Positions 56,908-64,000 of a stretch of 64,000 nt of DNA are shown here, one piece after another. Origin of the DNA: Anaerovorax odorimutans (GTDB lineage: Bacteria; Bacillota; Clostridia; Peptostreptococcales; JAAYPU01); assembly GCA_016841185.1 (NCBI GenBank), contig JAENZQ010000006.1:30717-94716 (forward strand). Direction: 5' to 3'. The position numbers and the translations under genes are program-made. The notes below the pieces were generated by a model. That model ran no database searches. It was not told where the DNA came from and was given only the letters and a program-made list of their open reading frames with translations. Position 1 is the stretch's first letter. The number at the start of each line of letters is the position of its first letter.

Positions 56908-58356
56908 ATGTCAGAAAAAGCCAAAAAAGAAAAGAACGTTAGCTTTGGCGGTGCACTATTTGTTCTTTTATTCTTATGTGTTGCAATGTTTATGCAAGTT
57001 TTTGTACTGCACCAGGATTGGGTAACGCATATTACATTAATTCTGGCCATTGTAGTTGCCGGTGTTGTAGCTATGATGTCCGGATACACCTGGGAAGATA
57101 TCCAGGAAGGTATTCTTTATGGTTGTAATATTGCAATGATTCCCATGTTAATACTTATGATGGTAGGGGTCCTTATTGCTTCCTGGATTCCTGCAGGGGT
57201 TATTCCGACGCTTATTTATTACGGACTTCAGATATTATCACCAAATGTATTCTTAGTAACAGTGTGCTTTATCTGTGCGGTTGCTTCTTTAGCAACAGGT
57301 AGTTCATGGACTACAGGGGCTACTTTTGGCGTTGCATTTATGGGAATTGGTTTAGGATTAGGCATACCACCGGCAATGACTGCAGGTGCTGTTGTATCAG
57401 GATCTATCTTTGGCGACAAAATGTCTCCGTTATCAGACTCAACAAATTTGGCTGCAGGTGTTGGAGAAGCGGACTTATTTGATCATATCAAAAGCATGAT
57501 TTATACTACCGGACCTGCCATATTAATTTCTTTGGGAATATATGCCGTAATCGGCATGAAGTTCAGTGGAGGCGCTGTGGATACGGAACAAATTAACAGT
57601 ATTTTGACAGGCATTAAGGATAACTATTTTGTTTCTCCTATTGCTTTGATTCCACCCATTATTGTTGTTATACTGGCGGTCAAAAAAGTATCCGGTCTTG
57701 CCGTAATGGTTCTTGCATCTTTGATAGGCGCTATATTTGCCATGGTTTTCCAGGGTATCGGCCTTGGAGACATGCTGAATATTTTACAGAATGGATTCAC
57801 CTCTTCAACAGGCGTTGCAGATGTTGACTCCCTGTTAAGCAGAGGCGGTCTTCAAGGTATGATGTGGACCATTTCCTTAGGGTTTATAGCATTGAGTCTC
57901 GGTGGCGTTTTGGAAAAAACCGGTATGCTTGCAGCACTTCTTAATAAGATAGCAGCGATTGTAAACAATGTAAGAGGGTTGATCATTACTCATGTCCTTT
58001 CTGCTGTTGTAGTAAACCTTTTTTCAGCAAGCCAGTATATGGCAATTATCATTCCCGGACGAATGCTTGTACCGGCATACAAGAGACTTAATATTTTACC
58101 TCAGGTATGTTCAAGGACTTGTGAGGATTCGGCGACTGTAACATCACCATTGGTTCCATGGGGGCTTTGTGGGGTTTACTTCACAGGTGTATTAGGTGTT
58201 GGTACAGTAGAATACTTGCCTTATACTTATCTGGCATTCCTGGCACCGATCATTGCTATTATTTATGGCGTAACCAATAAATTTATCTGGAGAGAAGGGG
58301 AAAAACCTTCAGTCAAAACCTATCATGATAACGAAACCGTAACAACCGGTGAGTAA
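56908..58356 (+). CDS. nhaC: NhaC-family Na+/H+ (or substrate/cation) antiporter
   Basis: About 12 TM segments, NhaC-like pattern (GSSWTTGATFGVA, SPLSDSTN). The ATG at 56908 lies behind aaaggaggg. Confidence 0.8.
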   Translation: MSEKAKKEKNVSFGGALFVLLFLCVAMFMQVFVLHQDWVTHITLILAIVVAGVVAMMSGYTWEDIQEGILYGCNIAMIPMLILMMVGVLIASWIPAGVIPTLIYYGLQILSPNVFLVTVCFICAVASLATGSSWTTGATFGVAFMGIGLGLGIPPAMTAGAVVSGSIFGDKMSPLSDSTNLAAGVGEADLFDHIKSMIYTTGPAILISLGIYAVIGMKFSGGAVDTEQINSILTGIKDNYFVSPIALIPPIIVVILAVKKVSGLAVMVLASLIGAIFAMVFQGIGLGDMLNILQNGFTSSTGVADVDSLLSRGGLQGMMWTISLGFIALSLGGVLEKTGMLAALLNKIAAIVNNVRGLIITHVLSAVVVNLFSASQYMAIIIPGRMLVPAYKRLNILPQVCSRTCEDSATVTSPLVPWGLCGVYFTGVLGVGTVEYLPYTYLAFLAPIIAIIYGVTNKFIWREGEKPSVKTYHDNETVTTGE

Positions 58357-58545
58357 CACATCAAAGAGATATCGGTGCTTGCGTATATCATAGTGTAAAA
58401 AATTCAAAGCCCCTTGCATAAGTTTTGTTGATCGAGGGGCTTTGAGATTCCTTCTATCTAAAAAGATTTGAGATTATGGGATTAAGTACTGTTTTTAGAA
58501 ATTACAGATTAGAACATTATTGAAACGACGAAAGGTTAGGTAGTT

Positions 58546-59775
58546 ATGAGTATGAGTGGAGTTATGAGTATAAGTAAAGAAGAATGCATCAACAGAGACA
58601 GAGTAATTCATTTATTATCAGACCTTATACAAATATATAGTCCCTATTTTCAGGAAGATGAAATTATGGATTACGCCTATAATTGGCTCTCGGAACATGA
58701 ATTGCTTCCGGATATGCATCATTACCATGAAGATAAAATAACCGGTTTCAGAGGGAAGAATGTGGTTGGCCGGTTAAAAGGAAACAAAAAGGGGACCAAG
58801 GTCTTGCTGAATGCACATTTGGATACGGTCAACATATGTAAAGGCTGGAACAGAGATCCGCTGAAGCCAAACATAGAGGATGACAACAAGCTATATGGGT
58901 TAGGAGCTTTGGACATGAAATCCGGCGCTGCTGCAATGATGATTGCACTGGATACTTTTATGAAGCTTCATCCTGAATTCAGCGGAGAAATCCTATATTC
59001 TTTTGTTTCGGTTGAAGAAGGTCCTTTTGGATTAGGTGCACAAGCCCTGATGCATGATGGTCTGTGTAGCGATGCAGATGTAGCTTTGATCCCCGAACCA
59101 AGCAGCGGTTTTTCTGGCAATGCATTTCCCTGTCTTTGCTTAGGTGCAAGAGGAGGGATAAATTATACGGTTCGTTTTACCGGTAAAGCGGCTCATGCGG
59201 CCAATCCGGAAGAAGGTATCAGTGCTCTCGTAGATGCTTCAAAAGTTATGGTCAGCTTAAAGCAATTGGAAACGATGAAGGATGAAAAATTAGGAAAAGG
59301 ATCCATATGTATTATCGAAGCAAAAGGCGGCGGGCAGGCATGCAGTGTTGCAGATGAAGCCTCTTTTACCATATTCCGTCACGTGGTACGGGGAGAAGAT
59401 GAGAATTATCTCAAAGAGGAAATCCAAAAAGCCATCCAAAATGCAAGTATACAGTCCGGTACGGAAATAGAATTCAGAGAGGGCCCGTTTGATGGCAGCG
59501 GAGGATTTGATCCTTATACGGTTGAAGAAGATCATCCTTTTACCGTCGCTTTAAATAAGTGCATCAAAAAAGTAACAGAAGAGACGGCAAAGGTTTCTTA
59601 CTTTTCCAGTATCGGAGATTTTAATACAGTAGCATCCAGATTGCAGATACCTACATTCGTTTTCGGTCCTGCAGGAGAAAACTATCACACCCATGATGAA
59701 TTCGTATACATCGATAGTGTTGTAAAAACAGCAGAGGTTATATATGAATACTTAAAAGAGCTGCTGCTGAAATAG
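58546..59775 (+). CDS. M20-family metallopeptidase / deacylase
   Basis: NAHLDTV, GALDMKSG, SVEEGP and HTHDE motifs. Confidence 0.8.
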   Translation: MSMSGVMSISKEECINRDRVIHLLSDLIQIYSPYFQEDEIMDYAYNWLSEHELLPDMHHYHEDKITGFRGKNVVGRLKGNKKGTKVLLNAHLDTVNICKGWNRDPLKPNIEDDNKLYGLGALDMKSGAAAMMIALDTFMKLHPEFSGEILYSFVSVEEGPFGLGAQALMHDGLCSDADVALIPEPSSGFSGNAFPCLCLGARGGINYTVRFTGKAAHAANPEEGISALVDASKVMVSLKQLETMKDEKLGKGSICIIEAKGGGQACSVADEASFTIFRHVVRGEDENYLKEEIQKAIQNASIQSGTEIEFREGPFDGSGGFDPYTVEEDHPFTVALNKCIKKVTEETAKVSYFSSIGDFNTVASRLQIPTFVFGPAGENYHTHDEFVYIDSVVKTAEVIYEYLKELLLK

Positions 59776-59941
59776 ATGATATGTTTATGGATCTGATCTT
59801 CTCAAGACTCCTGCTATTTTTGCAGTCGGCATAGGATATTGGTATTATAGCGAGAAATGTTATATAATGAAATACAGAGATTTTAGACAAATTTATGTCT
59901 TGTTTCTGATGTTAAATTAACAAAAAGAAGGGAAGGTTCAT

Positions 59942-61480
59942 ATGAGCGGCATAGACCTGTTGCTATATAATGGAAGTATTTACACTATGGATTCCAGGAA
60001 CACAGTAAAGAACTGGGTTATCATAAAAGATGGAACAATCGTCGAAACAGGATGCGGAGAAGGATATGAACAGTATGTTCAGGATGCTGTAGAATCCATT
60101 GACTTGAAAGGCCGTACAGTTTTTCCCGGGTTTTTTGATAATCACGTGCATTTGGCGCAAACCGGTCTTAATTTAATGAGTTTGGATTTAAATCATGCAG
60201 AAAACCTGAATCAATTGTTTGAGATTATTTCCGAAGCAGCTTCCAAAACAGGAAAAGGGGAAATCATAAGAGGAATTGGCTTCGATGAAATGAAGACACC
60301 TGAAAAAAGAATGCCCAATCGCCGGGAACTGGATAAATGTTCACCCAACAATCCTGTATGGATAAACCGTGTAGAGTATCATGTCAGCTCAGTAAACACC
60401 ATGCTTCTAAGCATGTTGAATATTCCTTTTAATTTAGAAGGTATTTTAAGAGATGAGAAAGGTCTTCCGGATGGACGTTTGATCGGAAGAGCTAATTTAT
60501 TTGTAAGAAAATATATTATTGAAAATATACCCAATCAAATAAAGAAAGAAGCCATCAATAAGGCAATTGAGCACGCAATCTGCAAAGGAATTACAACGGT
60601 TAATTCCATGGAAGGCGGCAATTTTTTTAATGAATCAGGTATGAATTGTATTTTGGAGAATAACAGTATCTTTCCTATAGATGTTAAATTGTTTTATCAA
60701 ACTACAGATATAAGAAAGGCCATTGAAAAAGGCATTGGATGTATTGGCGGTGATTTATTTTTGGACGGATCATTTGGGTCCAGAACCGCAGCGCTTTTAA
60801 AGCCCTATGAAGACGAAATTCTTACCAATGGCGTTCTTTACTACACACAGGAAGAGATAGAAGATTTTGTTTTAAACGCTCATGAACAGGGGCTGCAGAT
60901 TGCTTTGCATGCTATTGGGGAAATAGCCATCGATCAGGCACTAAATGCTTATGAAAAGGCTCAGAAGCTGTGTTCCAGAAAAGACTGCAGGCATAGGATC
61001 GAGCATTTCGAGCTGGCTACAGATTCACAAATCAAACGTGCCGGAGAGTTGAACATTATACCCTCCATGCAGCCTGCATTTGAATATATGTGGGGGGGAC
61101 CGGGGAAAATGTATGAAACACGCCTCGGTGACAGATACAAAAGAACCAACAGGTTTAGTAAGCTCATCCGGGAAGGATTGTGCATAGCCGGCGGATCAGA
61201 CAGTGACGTAACTGAAATGAATCCGGTATTGGGGATCCATTCAGCCGTTAATCATCCTGTTGAAGAGAACGGAACAAATGTCCTGGAGGCTATTAAAATG
61301 TTCACCTGTAATGGTGCATTTGCAGGTTTCGAAGAGGATTCAAAAGGGAGTATCGAAAAAGGAAAAAAAGGGGATTTTGCAATACTGGATCAAGATCCTT
61401 TTAAAGTCCAAAAAGAAAAACTCAAAGAAATAAAAGTAGTGGGTACCATTAAAGAAGGTAACATACTGTTGATCCGTTAA
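59942..61480 (+). CDS. amidohydrolase-family (Amidohydro_3-like, TIM-barrel metal hydrolase) protein
   Basis: PGFFDNHVHL metal site, HAIGE, IEH and GSDS motifs. 512 aa. Confidence 0.8.
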   Translation: MSGIDLLLYNGSIYTMDSRNTVKNWVIIKDGTIVETGCGEGYEQYVQDAVESIDLKGRTVFPGFFDNHVHLAQTGLNLMSLDLNHAENLNQLFEIISEAASKTGKGEIIRGIGFDEMKTPEKRMPNRRELDKCSPNNPVWINRVEYHVSSVNTMLLSMLNIPFNLEGILRDEKGLPDGRLIGRANLFVRKYIIENIPNQIKKEAINKAIEHAICKGITTVNSMEGGNFFNESGMNCILENNSIFPIDVKLFYQTTDIRKAIEKGIGCIGGDLFLDGSFGSRTAALLKPYEDEILTNGVLYYTQEEIEDFVLNAHEQGLQIALHAIGEIAIDQALNAYEKAQKLCSRKDCRHRIEHFELATDSQIKRAGELNIIPSMQPAFEYMWGGPGKMYETRLGDRYKRTNRFSKLIREGLCIAGGSDSDVTEMNPVLGIHSAVNHPVEENGTNVLEAIKMFTCNGAFAGFEEDSKGSIEKGKKGDFAILDQDPFKVQKEKLKEIKVVGTIKEGNILLIR

Positions 61481-61495
61481 TAAAATTTATCCATA

Positions 61496-62860
61496 ATGAT
61501 TTTTCATAATCGTACGTTTTCAGGAAATGAAATAGAGGTGTATATTTTGGAGAAGCTTGAGGTTTTTTCACTGGGAACACTGGATATTAAATTAAATAAT
61601 CGGTCTATAAATGAATATATGAGCGGTAAAGCTTTTGGCCTTTTATGCTATCTTGCCATGAATTCGGATAAAGTTCTGAACAGGGAAAAATTGGTGGAAC
61701 TTTTCTGGGGAAACAGCGATTCAGAAGCAGCCAAATACAATTTGAGATATACACTATGGACATTGAGGCGGATTTTCAAGAATGAAAAAGCTCAAGACAT
61801 TATTATCAATGTAAAAAACGGCTGTAAAATCAGCGAAGCATATAAAATCATAACAGATGTCAGTTTATTGGATAATTTATTGACCAATATAGAGAAAGAT
61901 GAAAAATACTACAGGAATATTACTTTGGAGAAGATACACTCTATCTACAAAGGAGAATTTCTTGAAGGATTCTATTTAAAAAACTGTCCTGAATTTAATG
62001 ACTGGGTCTTTTATGAAAGGGAAGCTTGTCAGAGAAAATATATTTCGTTACTATCGGGATTTTCCATATATTTGAAACAAAATAACCTGCCGGAAAAATG
62101 TATTGATGTTTATGAAGAAATGATACGGATGAACCCTTTACAGGAAGATTTGTATTTGAACCTTATCCGGCTCTATATCCAACTGGGAGATCGGAATGCT
62201 GCTCTTACACATTATGAAAAATGCTGTAAAGTATTGAGAGAAGAATTAAATATAGGGCCAATGCAAGAACTTCAGAAGGTTTATCAACAAATCAAAAACG
62301 GTTCCGGAAAGATTCCCAATAATGTCTATAATTATGTTAAAAAAACAGATACGCAATTTTCAATACTGGAACACAAAAGATATCAGCAATACATAAACGA
62401 AGAAACTCAGAAAAAAGATTCTGTTTTGGTTGCTTCCTTAGAAAAGAATTTAAAAGAGGTGGATTATTATTGGATGTCCGAATTAATTGAGTATTTTTCT
62501 TTGAAAGCCGGTAATGAAGTCTGGTATAAAATTCCCGACTATTGTTTACAGGACTTATCTTTTATTAACAGCCATCTGATAGAAAAGGCGGATTGTTGTA
62601 ATAAAAACATTTCTACGCATCCATTTACTGTTCCGGATATTCGCCTGTATCAATCAATGGAAAAGCTGCTGCATTATTTCACAAAAGAAAAAAGAGTCAT
62701 TATTGGTATAGAAAAGCCTGAATGGATTGATAACAAATCCTTTCAATGGCTTCAGTATTATATCGGAAAAGGCCGATGCCGCAATATGGAAATTATCATT
62801 CAGGAAAGCAGCGATGAAAGAATAAGAAATTTAAAAAATACAGGAAATTTCAGGACATGA
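61496..62860 (+). CDS. SARP-like regulator: OmpR-type wHTH plus BTAD domain plus an uncharacterised ~170-aa C-terminal domain
   Basis: KAFGLLCYLAMNSDKVLNREKLVELFWG...NLRYTLWTLRR (wHTH) and NPLQEDLYLNLIRLYIQLGDRNAALTHYEKCCKVLREELNIGP (BTAD). The likely start is the TTG at 61547 behind agaggtg. Confidence 0.75.
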   Translation: MIFHNRTFSGNEIEVYILEKLEVFSLGTLDIKLNNRSINEYMSGKAFGLLCYLAMNSDKVLNREKLVELFWGNSDSEAAKYNLRYTLWTLRRIFKNEKAQDIIINVKNGCKISEAYKIITDVSLLDNLLTNIEKDEKYYRNITLEKIHSIYKGEFLEGFYLKNCPEFNDWVFYEREACQRKYISLLSGFSIYLKQNNLPEKCIDVYEEMIRMNPLQEDLYLNLIRLYIQLGDRNAALTHYEKCCKVLREELNIGPMQELQKVYQQIKNGSGKIPNNVYNYVKKTDTQFSILEHKRYQQYINEETQKKDSVLVASLEKNLKEVDYYWMSELIEYFSLKAGNEVWYKIPDYCLQDLSFINSHLIEKADCCNKNISTHPFTVPDIRLYQSMEKLLHYFTKEKRVIIGIEKPEWIDNKSFQWLQYYIGKGRCRNMEIIIQESSDERIRNLKNTGNFRT

Positions 62861-62910
62861 TCTGTTATAATACAACTATCAGTTGCGATTATTAGGGGGC
62901 ATGTCTTATT

Positions 62911-64000
62911 CTGTTAAAAGATATTACATCCATTATAGAAGACAATATTAGCAGCGGTATGACATTAAAGGATGCTGCTGAATTATTTCGTGAAAAACAG
63001 CTGGAATGCATTATTGTAAATAATTGTAAGAATCAATTTATGGGAGTCCTGACGAAAGAGGACCTGATTGATTGTTATTATAAAGGTATTCCTTTAGATG
63101 AACAAATAGAAAATCAAGTAAAGGATTGTATCATTCTCAGCGAAAATGAAGAGGTCAGCACTGTTTTTAATTTATACAATTGCAAGGTAATCGGCATAAA
63201 GGACAGTTCGGGAAAAATAAAGGGTATTTTGACGCAGTCGCTGATCCTAAATGCATTCATCAGTTTTATTTCTTCCGATTTATATAATGAAGAGGATGTT
63301 AAACGAAAAAAAGAAATTCAGAAAAGCTTCAATAAAAACCAACTTGATTTGGAAAAGGTCTTTAATGATTTAAAATACCTAAAGGATTTGGAGCACGAGC
63401 TAAATGAAATCATAGAATTCTCGGCAGATAGTATTTATGTTACAGACGGCCAGGGTAATGCACTGAGAGTTAATAAAGCTTTTGAGAAAATCACCGGAAT
63501 CAAAAAGGAACAAGTCCTGGGTAAAAACGGGCTGGATCTTGAAAAAGAGAAAATATTCGATCCGTCTGTCACCCCTATTGTAATGAAAGAAAAAAGAGAA
63601 GTTACCATCATTCAAAGAATCAATAACAGCAGGCAGGCCATTGTAACGGGAGTGCCGGTATTTGATGAAAACGGAGAGATATTTCGTATTGTGCTGAATG
63701 CTAAAAGTGTAGAGGATTCGGAGATTTTAAGAAAGTATTTCAGCCAAAAGGAAGAGTATTCTTATAAAGCCGACCAAGATAAAAAAATGGATCAGGATAA
63801 ATTGATTTTTTCCAGTTCACACTTTAAGGAACTTGTTCAACTAATACAGAAAATTGCACTTGTAGACTCTACCGTCCTGCTTACAGGTGAGTCAGGAGTA
63901 GGAAAAAGCTTCTTAGCCCAGTATATCCATAATAACAGTTCAAGAGCCAAAGAAAAAATAATGGAAATCAATTGCGGTGCTATTCCGGAATCTCTCTTGG
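62911..64000 (+). CDS. sigma-54-dependent activator (CBS, PAS and AAA+ domains), 3' end outside the window; the 5' end is irregular
   Basis: My translation of the open frame: LLKDITSIIEDNISSGMTLKDAAELF... (CBS-like), EFSADSIYVTDGQGNALRVNKAFEKITG (PAS), LLTGESGVGKSFLAQYIH (Walker A). It is not in the ORF track because it has no stop codon in the window. Confidence 0.8.
   Translation, partial: MLKDITSIIEDNISSGMTLKDAAELFREKQLECIIVNNCKNQFMGVLTKEDLIDCYYKGIPLDEQIENQVKDCIILSENEEVSTVFNLYNCKVIGIKDSSGKIKGILTQSLILNAFISFISSDLYNEEDVKRKKEIQKSFNKNQLDLEKVFNDLKYLKDLEHELNEIIEFSADSIYVTDGQGNALRVNKAFEKITGIKKEQVLGKNGLDLEKEKIFDPSVTPIVMKEKREVTIIQRINNSRQAIVTGVPVFDENGEIFRIVLNAKSVEDSEILRKYFSQKEEYSYKADQDKKMDQDKLIFSSSHFKELVQLIQKIALVDSTVLLTGESGVGKSFLAQYIHNNSSRAKEKIMEINCGAIPESLL

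Noticed and set aside
1-64000. CRISPR arrays, intact IS elements, prophage genes, toxin-antitoxin pairs and known defence systems
   Set aside because: I looked for regularly spaced direct repeats, transposase, integrase or recombinase motifs and typical defence-gene signatures in the ORF translations, and found none. Absence is judged by eye only, not by a search.

Overview
This is an AT-rich chromosomal segment of Firmicutes (Clostridia) type. I count about 55 credible protein genes, one tRNA-Lys(CUU), one Ser T-box leader, several intrinsic terminators and one clear sigma-54 promoter. All family calls rest on reading the ORF translations for motifs; no search was run.

Gene order, left to right:
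- PAS-PP2C phosphatase and rnhA.
- A Bacillus-like yycH-yycI-yycJ-htrA-rlmH block that lacks walRK.
- cvpA, MFS and EamA transporters, and an isolated cheC-cheD pair.
- A very AT-rich accessory-looking gap (14.2-15.8 kb).
- An ArsR-regulated four-domain CoADR-rhodanese-TusA-DsrE fusion.
- Two small low-complexity genes and a second ArsR-like regulator.
- A P-loop NTPase, tRNA-Lys, a QueG/RdhA-like Fe-S protein and a BCCT transporter.
- A C1 block (fhs-fchA-folD-FNT), then IclR-panB-panE and a TRAP DctM remnant.
- A sigma-54 controlled buk-korDABC operon with its PAS-AAA+ activator.
- M20 peptidase, yhdT-panF, a long MCP, asnB, UPF0182, a long-form glutamine synthetase and T-box-serS.
- An NhaC-M20-amidohydrolase cluster, followed by a SARP/BTAD regulator and a CBS-PAS sigma-54 activator that runs off the window.

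I found no CRISPR array, intact IS, prophage or recognisable defence system, and I cannot point to a convincing new multi-gene system.

The most unusual items:
1. A 1.28-kb cassette bounded by 38-bp inverted repeats, with arrays of an AAATCACA motif and an internal palindrome.
2. The fused persulfide-handling enzyme with its ArsR regulator.
3. A Met-rich protein and an unlisted Asn-rich 56-aa ORF around a second ArsR-like gene.
4. The regulator-dense NhaC/M20/amidohydrolase cluster.
5. A dispersed 80-nt hairpin element.
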